A stretch of 50,278 bases of DNA, filler included, from Bipalium vagum (lineage: Eukaryota): NCBI GenBank assembly GCA_037834085.1. It is 3 parts of 3 records of this genome, joined end to end, with 100 filler letters (N's around TTAATTAATTAA, not from the genome) between each part and the next. Parts side by side here need not be neighbours in the genome. Positions count along the whole stretch, not along the records: positions 1 to 16,364 come from JBBMKC010114730.1; 2 more parts are not named here. The stretch is one strand, 5' to 3'. Of the stretch, positions 1-14,234 are shown one piece after another; within the stretch, counting starts at the first letter, position 1; each line of letters opens with the position of its first letter. Below the pieces are notes generated by a model. The model was not told where the DNA came from, searched no databases, and worked only from the letters and a program-made list of their open reading frames with translations. The translations under genes and the position numbers were made by a program.

Positions 1-11
1 AATAATAATAA

Positions 12-59
<48 letters not shown>

Positions 60-87
60 GAATAATAATAATAATAAGAATAATAAT
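1..87. repeat. (AAT)n microsatellite with occasional AAG interruptions
   Basis: Directly visible tandem AAT trinucleotides running off the window start. Confidence 0.95.
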
Positions 88-88
88 A

Positions 89-1200
89 CGAGAAGCACAC
101 CAAAATGCTGCACACAATCTTATATTTATTAAGTAACAACAACCAAAGGATAACTATATATGTCACAGTTCCGCATAATCACCATGTAATCACAATGCAC
201 TTATTCCACCTTTCCTCCAGTTTCTTTATTCCTTAATCAGAATATTTCTGCTTCAGATAGCTCTTCACAGCTTCCTTTATCTCTCGTTCACTCATAAAAT
301 GGACAGCGCGGATGCCATTTTTTATGGGACCAAATAGTTAGTAGTCACTGGTTCCAGGACTTCTGAATACGGTGGGTGTATAAGCAATTGTCACTTTAGT
401 TTACGGGTTTTGATTATAGAAATGTATGTAGTATTGACTCGGTCATTGTCTTGGAAAAGAAAATTTCATAGTACAGCTTTCCGGGATGAATTTCTGGTAA
501 CGTGTTGTGCAAAGTTGGAAGAAAATCGCTGTAACACCCCGCACTTATAATGTGCTTTGGAGGAAAAACGTCCACATGAATAAATCTTTTGCAGTCCCAG
601 AATACAGTTACTTGATATTTCTCAACTTTTGGGTCTGACTTAATATGAACCAGCAGTTGTTCACCAGGTACCACTAATTAAAGGCATTGACTCATGGTTT
701 CTAGGTATGTAATGTGGCAAAAGAGTATCATCAACGGTAATAATGTGCGAGCGAAAAGATCTAACTTCTACAACATGCCAAATATATTTCTTGAATGTGG
801 TACCTTAGAAGCTTTCTGTTTCTCTGTCAGCAGTCTAGGCACCTATATTGCAAAAACCTTGTTCATTTCCAAAGGATCATGAATAATTTGCTTCGAAGTA
901 CCCTGTGAATAACGAGTATTCTTTTCTATTTCATCAAAATTTTATCGTCGATCTTCATCCAACATGGAACACGCAAGAACAACAGATTTATTTGAGGATT
1001 CAGTGACTGGTGCACCACCACGTTTGCCATCTTCAAGTTATTCCATTCCGATCTAATCACTGTAGATTTCGAAGACGCACTATCACCGTAATGTGTCTTT
1101 AGTCGATCAGCAGCCACGGTAAGCCATAACCTATCCTTGTAGAAAAAATGAATGATTGAACCCCACTTTTCGTTCGAAAACTTAGCCACCACTAAAATTG
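89..1200 (-). mobile_element. Degenerate mariner (DD34D-type) transposon
   Basis: Minus-strand pieces: N-terminal HTH region (IHFFYK...LKTHYGDSASSKSTVIR, ORF 926-1192), catalytic-domain VTVFWDCKRFIHVDVF (ORF 414-674), and a decayed PYSxDLxPSDY-type motif near 340-385. Frameshifts and stops throughout. A TA-CGAG terminus-like sequence sits at 87-92. Right boundary approximate. Confidence 0.85.
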
Positions 1201-3779
1201 TTAGTCAGAACTAATGATTGTAGCCACGTTATAAATCAATATCGAAATGAATCATACACAACACTCACACTATACAACCTGAGCTATTCGACTACTTCTG
1301 AATTCAACACTTTGAAATAATAAAAGAAATAAATAATAATAATCATTTTAGCAATAATACTAATAAAAAATAAATGAGAAAATGTAATCTAATAATAATA
1401 ATAATTCTAAGAGTACTTAATATTACTAAGATTAAAGAGTATTTTTGAGTAGGTCCAGAGGTAAGGACAACTACTCTTTTCAGTAAGGATTATTTTTCAC
1501 ACTAATCCACAACCTGTGGACTTATTGTAGAATTGAGGAAAGTGAAGTGTAATTTTCCCACAATTCAAAACAGATAACGACCGATTTGCCGGCCGACTGC
1601 CAGCCCGTGGAATTCAATATAAAAACCAAAGTAGATAAGTGCCCAGTAATATTTTTGCATTAAGGATAATTATTATTTTATTAAATTGTATTGCTTTTGT
1701 TAATTGAAGAATTCATTTGATATCGAAAAAACTGTTAAATATCAAGGCCAAATTGCGCAAAGAATTTTTGATCAATCACAAGACAATTTATTGTAAATAC
1801 CATTAATCTTTCTGAATATCAGGATATACAATGAACCCCATCGAGCTCGGTCGTCTCTATGTAATCTAACAGTGCCAGCTGGCTTCCGTGTATACATTAT
1901 TTTTTTGCTGTTTGTAAGAGTATTATTGATTTTGAGATTCTTTTGTGTTTTATTTTTTGATTAATTAATTAATAAACAATAATTGATTATTAATGAACAC
2001 TATTTGTTTTAAGTGTGTGAAATTGTAATTCAAGTATATCTTATTGTACTTCGACTGATTTTTACACCAACCATTAGTGACGTATCAAATTTGAGTTCGA
2101 ATAATATCATTAACCTTTATTCAAATTAAATAACGATATTTTAATCATCAATTTATAAATGTTCGTTTATATTCAACTATGTTTAATATAATTTGAAATC
2201 ATTACGGCATGTAACAATTTTATTCCTTATATATGAAAAGTACTTAATTGACATTTAATGTTTTATTTAATATTAGATTTTGTAGATTATTTCATTTAAC
2301 AAAAAATAGATTATTCCCACCGCAAAAAATATTTCAGAAAATACTTTAAGAAACAAAAAATGATACGTAACTTTGTCTTACAGTTCCCGCTGAAAATGTA
2401 TATTCTTTCAAAATATATTACTTTCAAAAGTAATCCAAAACGACTAAACAAAAGAAAATGTGGAAATGTATCAATTCGGGAATTTTCAAATTTAAAAATA
2501 CAGGAAAGATTGGCATTGATTTAATGAAGATATTTCATAAAAACTACAAAGTTGAAAAGAAAAAATTGATTAAAAGTAAAATAAAAATAATGGTAATTCA
2601 TTTAAGAATACAAACTATTTTGTTATCGGTCCTGTCAATGAGATTTTAAATATTAGTCAAATACCATCTACAAAAAAAATTCATTTCGTGATTTTATTTC
2701 AGTCTGTTCATTGTCAACATTTTAGAAATCATAATTTATTATTAGTCACTGATAATGGAATTTCTGTCTCTCTTACACCATACACATAATAAAATTCAAA
2801 TTTCAGAAAATTTCTGTTGTGAATAAAAGAAGACAAAAATAATTAGCAAAAACCAATTAGACTGCAAAACCAAAAGAAAATTGAAGAACAGTTTAAAATA
2901 TCTGGAGATTATTAAGGTAATGGGTAGTTCATAATTGTTTCTGGAAAACTCATTTGTCAAATTCTATTTGTGTTCTAATTACATAATTTTACCTAAAAAA
3001 TGATTTTAAAAACCGATATTATTATTTATTTATTTAATAGTAATATTAAAGATTCAATATAATAGCAATATTTTTATTATTATTTATTAATTTTATTATT
3101 CTTATTATAAAAATTGTTATTTCAGCAAATTGGTAGACCAATATGAAGACTACAAATAAAATAAGCAATTTAAGTAAAAAATTATTGCGTCATCTATAGG
3201 ACAGCCAGCAGCAAGTTACCTTTTGCAAGACATTACCTTGATTTTATTAATTTTTCTACATTTAACAACTTCTTTTGTAAACCCTTAATAATTTTTTCTT
3301 CATTGTTGATTCTTTTTGTTTCAAATTCATTTAACAATTGTCGTTTTTCTTTTTCAAATTTTTTCTAAAATGTCAATTTCAATGTTTACAAAATAATTTT
3401 AAAAAAGAACTTTCTAAATTAAAATAAATAATAATTAAAATAAAACATGAATAATTCTTTTAATTCTGATAATTAAAATAAATTTTTTATTTTTTATTGG
3501 ACACTCCTAACTTTACAAAAAAATCTCTAGTGACGCGACGGAAGACTTAGAAAAACAAATCAAAACAAAACAAGACCAAGTATTGTTAATTTAACAAAGA
3601 CCTGATACCAAAAGGTTTTATTATTTGAGAACCTATCATTTATAAGTGTATGATTCGATTTAATACAAATATTCATCTAACGGCAATCTATTTTTTTGTG
3701 ATTTTAAAATATTAATTGAAGTCTTAATCATATTTATTAACCCAACATTGTTGTTATTATTAACGTTACTTTATTAATT

Positions 3780-4720
3780 TTTTGGAAATGACGCATTTTT
3801 TAATCTGTAAAAGTTTATTTAATTTTATACAAAACAAAAATCAGTCAGTTATATGTGACCAATTTTGTTCGATTTTCTCTATCTTTTGCTGAGTTTTAAA
3901 AATCCCCGTACGTAGAATGACTTGTCTTTAGTGCCGAAAAATTGAATGAAAATGTACTATTTGAAAGAGTCATTTGAATTGAACATAAGGCATGAAATTT
4001 TGGAGAGACATAAATGAAAGCGGCTCAAGGTAAGGTGAGTATGACGGTTGTGACAGTAAGACCTATTCAAATTGCAATACTTTTTGATGTGTCATCAAGC
4101 TTATATGTAAGCTTAAATTGTTTAAACTGTTTTACGTTTACGAATTCTAGATGTCTCTGAATAATATCTTCGTTCAAACTCTAAAATTGCCGACTATATA
4201 CAATTGAGTTGATAGTTGTATTCCTTGGAAAGACCTCAAAATAGACGAAAAACGTGTATGTCAATACACTGAAAGCACGTTCGTATTCTAGTTACTGTTT
4301 GGTTTCGATGTTGCTTGAGACGAATCAAAATTTCAGGACCAAGATCTTTTGTGCCTTTTATTGTGCCTTTTATCCACTTTTTATTACCAGTTATCAAACG
4401 ATTCAAAAAACGATTGCTTGCCTCACCCTTAATAATCATATCATATGTTTTTGTAAGCTGTTAAATGACCCCAAACTTGGGCCTGCTTACATATTCCAGC
4501 TTCAGATTTTCATGAACAGTTGAACTATCAATGTTAAATATTTCGGTGATATCTCGAGTCATGTAATGAGGATTTACATCAACTAATGCCATTATTTTAT
4601 AATCATTGATTTTAGATGGCCGTTCTAAGTCACATTCATGGAATTTCTTGAACCAACGTTGACATTGACGTCCTTTAAACTTTTGTCAACCAATAATTTT
4701 ATATTATAAATTTATATTAG
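3780..4720 (-). mobile_element. Degenerate mariner transposon
   Basis: Minus strand reads QRWFKKF...ALVDVNPHYMTRDITEIFNIDSSTVHENLK, FLNRLITGNKKWI (ORF 4236-4439, the TGDEKW motif), QPSYSPYLEP and FFGTKDKSFYVRG. Boundaries approximate. Confidence 0.85.
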
Positions 4721-4782
4721 CTGATCAATAATATATCGATACAATAATTGCAAATAAATAAAGGATTTTAAAAAATAAACTT

Positions 4783-5975
4783 TCACGTAACCAAAAAGTT
4801 CGTGCGAGTTTTTACAAGGAGTAATTCGAAAAATTAATTTGGTTGAATTTTATTAAATAAGGACCACACGCCTAAATTAACGATTATTAAATTTTTTAAT
4901 TTAAAGTTTTAATTATTAAGTTACATTTTTTAAAATATTTTTAGTTAAAATTTTAAATAAAAATGATACTCATAAATGTTGTAAATTTTTATACTTTAAA
5001 TAATTTAATTTTATAAAAGGTGAAGTCCGTGTTTAAAAGGTTTTTTTAAGTAGTCAGATTTTGCTTTTATCTTATATAAATACTAAAAATGACAGCACAA
5101 GAATATAACTTGACGACCATATTAAAAATCAAATAATCACTAATAAATGAACCTTATTTATATTTTATTCATTAAAAATAATCGAAACCATAATAAAAAA
5201 CACTTTTCAAACGAGAGACAAGTTTATAAATACCATCTTTATAAAATTTAGTCTTTGTAGACGAAAATTTAACTAACATCCACTTCAATTAACTTTTCTA
5301 ATTTTGAATATTTTGTTTGTAGGAGAAATATGATTGATGTGCCAGAATTTCCCAATGTAATTCTTCAATGTCCTCTCAATGTGAGTTCTGCGAATTTGGT
5401 CTTCCATTATAATGTAACAATATCACATGAGAACATTGTCCTAGTCTGTAAAGCTTGTTATCCTTTGTTAATGACTGTACGAAACACTATGCTCACTTTC
5501 AATAATTTTTCAATCGTATGAAAATGTGTGCAAAATGTTTCGTTACTTACATTAAATATTTTGGCATACTCTTAGCACGAGAGTTTGGAATTTCCCTCAA
5601 TTATTTTTTTAGTTCTTGGTCTTTCATGTCTGGTGCTCTTCATGCTGCATCTTTAAATGACTCATTTTTTAGATGTTTTGTCCTATATGATATGATCTGC
5701 AAACGCTAGGACATGATTCTACGATATGTCTCTGAAGTGCCAGATCCAAGTTTGAATTTATAGAGAATATATGATCTAATTACATTTTTATCCATAAACA
5801 TTTTGGATGTGAATAAAATGTATAAAATTTTACATAAATTGAACAATTCAAAGAAAAATAATAAGGACGAAATATGAAATTTCATTATTAATATACCGTA
5901 TTTTGAAAGACGATTATTTATACATAATTAATCCACATATATCAAAAAACCGTGTGAACTGTCTTGGTTACATGA
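4783..5975 (-). mobile_element. Internally deleted mariner with both TIRs
   Basis: Imperfect TIR pair: tcacgtaaccaaaaagttcgtgcgagttttt (from 4783) and reverse complement tcatgtaaccaagacagttcacacggttttt (ending 5975), with TA at 5976-5977. Internal minus-strand remnants EELHWEILAH and DMKDQELK. Confidence 0.75.
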
Positions 5976-7429
5976 TATTTCCATTTTTTATGAAGATTAG
6001 TTACAGCTTTTCCAACAACCTAATGATTATTTTTTATATAAAATAGTTTTTACAAAAAAATATCTTAATAACGTTTAGTTAAAACAAATAGGTCAGTATG
6101 AAATGTCAGTAAGAAATCTATAAATAGAATATTGAAGAATCTTACACTATTATAAAAAAAAATTTTAGAGTATAAAACATTTTCGATTGATTACTACGTG
6201 TTAGCTTAAACATTAGATCGACTCCTTTCGAATACTGATCTGTAATTAACTAAGCTTCTTTAATATAAATATTAGGGTGCCTGACACTAAGAATAAAAGA
6301 ATTTTTGTTTCATTATCCGCTTGCATTTCTTGTCGTTTGATCATCATCTAGGTGCCAATTGTTTGATCTTCCTTAAATTTTCGCATAATTAAATAAACAA
6401 TATGAACAATTAAAACAACTTTATTTGATTTTAAGACGTTTTTATATTTTTTCATATTTATATAACGTTAATGAAAAACGACAAGACTTATAAAACGACC
6501 TAATATTTCTAATTAATTAATTTCTTTCTAGAAAATACACCGACACTGGCCTCTACGATTATTTATATTTTTTGTACTTTCTTCTAACTTACGTCAAATC
6601 ATGTATTTTTAATATCATGGTAAACAAATTTCTTACTTCCCGGAAGTTTGAAACTAAGAGTAAGATGGTATATACTTCGAAACTGAGTTATAAAATACTA
6701 GATTTCGTGGATTTCCTATTAAATCAAAGACGTACACAAAAGTTGTTGTTTTAATAAATTTAACTTTTAATTTTTTAATTTTCTAATTTTCTAATTGTGT
6801 TAAGAGTTAAATATAATTTATTGAAATTAGTGTATTTTTGGTCATTTAATTCGGTTAAAGTACTAAGCGTGTGAACAATGTTATTTTTAATAAAACCCGA
6901 GCACTTAAATGTCAACCTTTAATCGTTAAGATCTCGGTATTACATTATTTTTCATAGGTTCACTTTTCGATGATCTGGAAAATATAAATTAAACAAATAG
7001 ACTTTGCCTTTTATTAATTTTTTTAGTTTCCATAATAATTGTTTTTGTTATAATTACCAAGTCAATTACAATTTGGGGACAAAGGGATATTTTTTTTTGT
7101 TTAAAGAGGATATTTCAGAATTAGTTATTAACACTGAATTTTATTTCACATTTAAATGTAATATATTTTAATCCTAATAAAAAAGTCCATTTCTACCTAA
7201 TCTATGGTTTTATAGTCTATGATACAATGGCTAATCAATCTATGCTGTTCTGTTTAAATGCGTCAAATTATATTTTGTGCAGATTTTTTGATTGATGGTA
7301 TTCACTGGTTACTAGTGTAAATTAAAACCTGATTTTACATTCTAAGTAATTACAATATTTTTTTCACACCTCTAAAACAGCGGTCTACATTATACAATTT
7401 CTATGAGTATTTTTATGTTTATTTCATTT

Positions 7430-7800
7430 AGAAATGAATGGGGCTTCATACAACCAACCATGATAAACGTTTATATTTCTGCCTTTAATGCCAGCAATTG
7501 TTGTCTAATGAATCCATGAAAAATCAAAATGAGAATCGTGGAAAAATCATACTATAGGAGAGGAATTACTTAAACCGGAAATATATGCATATGTTAAAAC
7601 AGTTCTGGAAAAAGATGACAGAGATATGAAAGCCATACCACTTAGTAATGATACTGTCAGAAGAAAATTAGATGAAATGAGCGATGACATTGAAACACAA
7701 CTTGTTGAAAAGCTGAAATCAAGAAATTTCTCACTACAGCTGAGTGAATCAACTGTAAGGTATAGTGAGGCCATATTTCTAACCTATGTAAAATAAATTG
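7430..7800 (+). mobile_element. hAT/Buster (ZBED5/FAM200/Charlie-like) transposase fragment
   Basis: A plus frame absent from the ORF track reads CQQLLSNESMK, then GKNHTIGEELLKP...AIPLSNDTVRRKLDEMSDDIETQLVEKLKSRNFSLQLSESTV. This matches the Buster motifs KPHTIGEEL, PLSNxTVxRRI and FxLQLDEST. Internally deleted and truncated. Confidence 0.85.
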
Positions 7801-9726
7801 ATAAAGACAGCCTCTCGAGGAAATTTAGTAGCAGGTCGCAATTAGGCGGAAGGGCAGATAAATTTACAATTAATTCTAAAAATGGAGACTCCCACTATCG
7901 GACAAAAAATTCACAACCAAATTTAATATTAAAGAAGAACGATCAAAAAAATCAGTCAAAAGTTTATTGTGTATGTTTATCTCTAAATTGAGTATATTTC
8001 AATTGATTTAATCGTATACAATTACTTTATATCCCACTGTTAAAATACAATGATTTATATTTATTAAAATAAAAATATGAATATTGTAATAACTGCCAAA
8101 ATAAATAAATAATAATATTTATTAATGATTAAAGTAAAGGCAAATAATTCAGTTGTCAAAATAGATCTTCAATAATATGAGTGAGATTAATAATTAAAAT
8201 ATAAATATAAAGTTATAGAACACATTTTAGAAGATAAAAATATATCGATTTTCATTTTGTCAACGTTGACCTCCGAAAAATATGCATCTAACTTTACATT
8301 TTAACCTGTAGTGTCCAAAAACTAAAAAAATAAAGTTCAATCAGTCACAGTTTATTATTGGAAAACCCGAAAAATATTCTTATCAAAACTCAGAGTAGAT
8401 AGTAGATAATTAGTTCATCAATTTTTAAAAATAAAATACTATCCCACTTATAATCAACAGTGACTCTTGATTAAGAAAAAAATCAGACATTAAATTAAAT
8501 ACTTTGGCATTTCCTTTATATACCGATTCAAGGATCAATCAACAATTCTCATTGGTCAGATCTCAGATTATTACATTATTGTCTTTTCAGGAGGCTTATT
8601 AAGAATGCCCTTATTTAATAAGATTCCAAGCTTATAAATGATAAAAGAATAAAATCTTGGAATTTTTTGGTTGATATTATTTGTCATTGATAGACTTGGA
8701 AGGAATCTGTAATCATAATTTACAGTGAAACTTTTAAACAGCAACCTCTTTTCAGTTATTCATTTATTTTTATTGAAGTCATTATTTCAGTTGGTGAAAA
8801 GTTAGTTGAACAATCCTAACCCATTTTCATTAACTCAATACAATTTCAATAATCAATATCGCCATGTGTAATACTAGTTTCAACATTCTATGGGAGAAAA
8901 ACTATGGAATTTTTAATAATTAGATGAAAATTATAATTTTACGTTTGAAAGATTATATAAAGTTAAAAGTAAGTAATTTATTCCGTTATCAAAAAGAAAT
9001 AATAATTATTGATCAGAGTTAATTTATTTTATAAACCTTAATTGTTTGTGACTTATGCTTTGTATAAATAACTTAGTCTGGTAGTAGCAATCAGAGAAAA
9101 TTCTATTGACATTATTGAACATTTTGATAAGTCTAGGAATTACCTTAAGTTGCTTAGAGATTTTCAAAATTGGAATAAATTTAAAGTAACAATTGTTAAT
9201 AGTGATTATGGACATATATATATTTGATTAAAAGTTACCATACCAAGAGATCATCTTGTTTGCATCAGTTTACTAAAAAAACTATATCCTTAATTTTTCG
9301 ATAGATTTAAAATTAGAAAAATATATATTTACTGAATTGATTTACATTTTTATGTTTAATCATTACTAGTTATCATTTTGCCTGAGTGACAGAAGAGGAT
9401 TATAATTCATGCTCGAATGGGATTTTTATGGGTTTAACATCAAAGCGACTTAATTGGAGACTAAAAAACCCACGAATGTATTCTTGGTAATTAGAACCAA
9501 TCACAAATACGACTTTATCAATCAGTAAGGATATTGTAATTGTATTGCTTCCGGATATTGTAAGCTGTAGTAATGGTAAAATAAAAATTATAAATTATTT
9601 TAGATATAATAATAATTGAGCCAAGGAATAAGTAATTTCGTAATTTGCTAAACTATTTAAATTAACAGGAAAATTAACAATTAATGTCAAAAGAACTTGG
9701 TGGATGTAGGTTTTTTCAACCATTTA

Positions 9727-11169
9727 CAGTGAAGGAAATTCGTTTAAGATAGATTGGTTTTCTGAACGTTGTAAGCAATAAAATTAATATTTGTTGCAAA
9801 AATAATTTTTTTAATGATTCAATATTAAAATAAAAATATTTTTTGTTTATTTATTTTATTTAATTTATCTGCAAAAAAATCAGATATTTATGGTTAGAAA
9901 TTCGTATAAGACAGTTTGAGTTCCAGTGCTATTTCATCCTTATTTACTGTTGATATATATTTTTAATATAAATTAAGGTGTCTATAGATATTTTCTCAAA
10001 ACTACAAATGTATTTTACTTTTAGATATGCCAAAAAAATTGTTTGACTCCTTATGAAAAAGACTAAATGAATGCTTTTTTATTAACAAGTAGCAATGTAA
10101 ATTCAATAAGCAAGACATTAAAACTTTCAAGAACACCAATGACCAATTATATAAAAATAAAAGACAAATATGGAATCAATAAACCAACAAAAAGCAATTC
10201 AGAACTTTCAGTATGATACATAAGAACAATATTACAGACAGCAAACAAGTCTGATTTAGTAACAAAAGATATAAAGGATCAAATTAATGTTTGTATAACA
10301 CCAAGAAGGGTGAGACAAATTCTAAACCAATCTGAAAATTTTTAAACTTAAAAAAAGTTCCTATCTTGACATCCGTTCAGAAGAAACAGCGAGTTAAGTT
10401 TGCAAAAAAATACATGACGTTGGATACAGAATTGATAATATCTTGTTCTCAGATGAAAAAAAGATTTAATCTTGGTGGTCCAGATGTGATTTATAATTAT
10501 TGGCATGATATAAGACGAGGAAAACAAATGTCCCACCGTGGATAAGGTGCTTCCTTGTTGATATGGGCTGCATTTGAAATGAAGACAAAAAATATTTTTG
10601 TTTCTATAAAAGGAAGGATAGACTCTACAGCATACATAAACATACTTGAATCAGATTTATTGTCGGTCTTTAACGAAGAACTAGTCTTTCAGCAAGACAA
10701 TGTCCTTGTTCATGTTTCACATAAAAAAACTGGATAAGAACTAAAATTAATAAAGTTCTTGAGTGGCCATCTCTTAGCCCTGATCTGAAAATGAGAAAAA
10801 CCCTATAGGGAATGCTTGCAAGGTTTATGAAAAACTGTACAGGAACTGAAGGGCGTCATTACTTATATTTGGAACAATATTCCACAAAGTAACTTTCACC
10901 AATTTATCTATGTCTATGAAGAATAGAATATATGATTTAATTTTTTAAAAATGTGCCATTATGAATTATTAAAATTTCAAATTTGAAAGTTTCTAGATTG
11001 GTGTCTTAAACGATTTGCCATGTGTTTTTGGAAGTTACCGTTTTATGTAAATAAAAATGTGTTTGTATTCTCCATTTATCTTTTTATAAAGAATTTATAA
11101 TTTAATAAAGGCTCATATTTTTAGTTTAATAAAGAAAACCAGCATGTGTTAAACGAATTTCAACCAGTG
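9727..11169 (+). mobile_element. Degenerate Tc1/Tc3-like transposon with TIRs
   Basis: TA at 9725-9726, then TIR cagtgaaggaaattcgtttaagatagattggttttct. The right end reverse-complements to cactggttgaaattcgtttaacacatgctggttttct. Broken transposase at about 10027-10970 with FSDEK.FNLGGPD, LIWAAF...FQQDN (ORF 10555-10737) and WPSLSPDL. Confidence 0.9.
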
Positions 11170-11171
11170 AT

Positions 11172-11830
11172 ATCTTTCCTGAATCAATTGACAGTATTTT
11201 GTCATTCATTGTCATGTTGCATATGATTAGGTGTTTTCTTTTTTTAAATAAACCTGATAATTTAAATCAATCTTTCTAATTGTTGAGAATAGAGATCGGT
11301 ATTTATATTGCTTATCTTTTCCAACAGTTCCAAATACACAATTTTATGGATATCTGATCAAAGAAACATTAACAAGTTTTCAAATTTAGACCATATTTTG
11401 CATTGTGGATGTGTTTCGTTAGGATGTAGCCATTACTTATCTCACTTGTTGTTGACTTAGAAAATCCATTTATCATCTCCAGTTATCAGTGAAGACCAAA
11501 CTGATCATGAAATGGATTAGTTTGTAATCAGCAGATAAGTACAGTAAAAGTAGTAGTTCCTTGAATTCTATTCTCGTTCATCAGTTTGTACAGACAAAAA
11601 CACTCAGTTTATTGATTTTCTTAATGCTCTTTAAAATATTCTAAGTGGTTTTTTTATCTCAACCATATATCCACCAAATCAAAATTACCCTCTGCAGCCA
11701 TTTTTAACCAATTCTGGCATTGAAACACACAAATGGCATATGGATATATTGCGCAAATGTTCTTTGTTGCAACCGTTTTGTTTAGAAAGCTCTCAAACTG
11801 GAAGAATATACAATATCGAATATGCAACTT
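11172..11830 (-). mobile_element. Mariner fragment
   Basis: Minus strand reads KTVATKNICAIYPYAICVFQCQNWLKMAAEGNFDL (HTH region) and VYLELLEKISNINTDLYSQQLERL...QHDN. Truncated next to the Tc1 right TIR. Confidence 0.75.
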
Positions 11831-13166
11831 TGTTTAATTTATAGTTATAGACTAGAAATTTTAAAGTTTCTAGAATAAATTTAATTAATATTTAAAGGTT
11901 TAAATCTTTATAAATTTATAAATAAATTCAAATAATTGCAAATAATTTATATATTAATTAAACAAACTTACAAATATGATATTAAAATACTAAATTACTT
12001 ATTCCTAACTAAAAATAAAATTGTTTTATTTAAAAAGAAATTTACTCAAATTGTGTCAATTTTTCTTTGTTAGTATAGACAAAAGAAAAAAAACTACTAT
12101 CCCAAAAAAGAAGAAAATCACTTGAAAACTGAGTAATATTTCACTTTGTGATAACTAAAATTAATCATTATTTTTATTTTATTTAATTATGTGAAACAGA
12201 GTAAAATAATAATCAATTTTACAAGTAATGAAAAAATTATTGTATACTTTTAAATAACTATTAAATGAAGCACGATTGAAGATAAAATGAAAGATACAAA
12301 TAATCTGAGTAAGATAAAAAATTTTAATACGTCGCATATTTAGTGAGTAAAAGTTTTAATGGTCTTGATAATAATGAACATTGTACTGAGTAATTAATCT
12401 CCTAGGATAGAATCAAAAGCATTAAAAAAATTGTATCATGCAGTAGAAATTAAATTTTTGCTGTAAGAGTAAATTTTAATTCCAGTAACAACGGATCAAG
12501 AAAATTGATATTTCCTTCTACCTTTTGACATTATTTGACATGCTTATTATATATATCTTGACTAGTCTAGAACCTTATACATTTAACTGGAGTTCGTTGG
12601 AATGTGATTTTTAGCTTTACTGTTAAAGTTTTTTTTTATAATAAGTGACTCAACTCCTAATAATACGAATAAACATTTTTTATATCTTTTATAATTGTAC
12701 AATATTAATGACATTTTTGATCCACTAATTGTACAAAAAGTTAAAATTTTATTTTTATGTAAAAAACAAATATACTTCCTTTGCTTCTTTGTAAAATAAC
12801 ATGAATATAAATAAGGTAAAATATGATATAATCACGGTGATAATGTGGAGACTACCCCACCTTCAGACCCGTGTCCAATCCAAATAAATAAAAAATATGA
12901 ACCCTCTGTAAATTCTTGTGCAAACTTTATAATCTTTATGTAATTTTTATCCTTGTGAAAAATTTTAATGGTTCTTATTCCTATATTAGCTATTCTTTTT
13001 TCTATGCAGTTTGAATATTAAATTGTTCTTGATAAAATATATGTAAATTATATATTTTAATAAACATTTGTAAATTATTTATATTATAATGTAAATTAGT
13101 TAAATATAAATATTATATTTTAATTCATAATAGAAAGTGTTAGATATTTAAAATTTTAAAATAAAA

Positions 13167-13340
13167 GTGATCTATTCCAACATGATCAATCCGATTGAGT
13201 ACTCCTTTAGTAAGATAAAATGTTGCGCTAGAAAATGGCTGGGGGAATTAGATGGAGATCTGAACAACCTGATATCACCCGCAGTTTCAGAAATAAGTGT
13301 TGAAGATTGTAATGGAAGGTATAGTCTCAAGGAGAAATTG
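13167..13340 (+). mobile_element. Tc1/IS630-type (DDE_3) transposase C-terminal fragment
   Basis: YSNMINPIEYSFSKIK...ISPAVSEISVEDCNG matches the YSPxLNPIE...W motif and the following helix of DDE_3 transposases. Confidence 0.7.
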
Positions 13341-14234
13341 AGTATTATCGATTCAAATGCATAGTTTTCAATAAATTTGTAATTATATTTGTAAATTTAT
13401 TTGATTTTTTACTAATTTGGAAAAATTATTTTACCATTTGAAAAATGCTATATAATAAATATAATTAAGTATTAATAGGAATAATAATAATTAATAATAA
13501 ATAAAATTCAATAATAATGATGATTATTAATAAAAATAGATTATAAGAATGAATAATAAATTAGCCATAACTATTTCACTCTAAATTAAACACAACTAAT
13601 CAAATTTAGTCACCAGATGTCTGACTCCGAGTGCAAATTATAAAAGGCCTACTTACGTATTCAAGAAAACTGAAGCACCAAGAAAATTAATTAAAACCTG
13701 ATACTTTTTCTAGTACCAAATAAAAGTACTATAGATCATGAGAAAAATAAAAGAGGTAAAGGCAAAAGAAAAGACAGATTTAAGATAAACAAAACTCAGA
13801 AAAAAATATTTAGAAACGAAAAATCAGAATGTTGATATTACATAGTTTCAGAAGATCTAGTCCAAGCAGACGAATTCATTTTGAACACGAAAAGATATTT
13901 TAAAAAGAAATTCAAGGCATTCAAATGTAATTGATTTTAAATCCAATTGTTTAGTAGATTTGATAATAAATTTATACTTAATAATCAATCCAATAATTAA
14001 CTAAGTAAATATTAAAAGCTATCATATTAGTCACAAGTGATCAGATGGTTGAATTTTGGTATTCTTCTTGGATTTTTCTGGTTACTTCCAATGCCACTTT
14101 GTCTAATAATAAATGTATTTAGATTTTTATTGAGATATCTAAATTTTCATACTCAGGTGATTTAGAAAACAATTATAAGTATTTAAAAAATACAATTGCA
14201 GAAATCAAAAACCCCGAAATTGTATATGTATATA

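Noticed and set aside
7547-7774. 75-aa minus-strand ORF
   Set aside because: Antisense shadow of the Buster/hAT transposase fragment.
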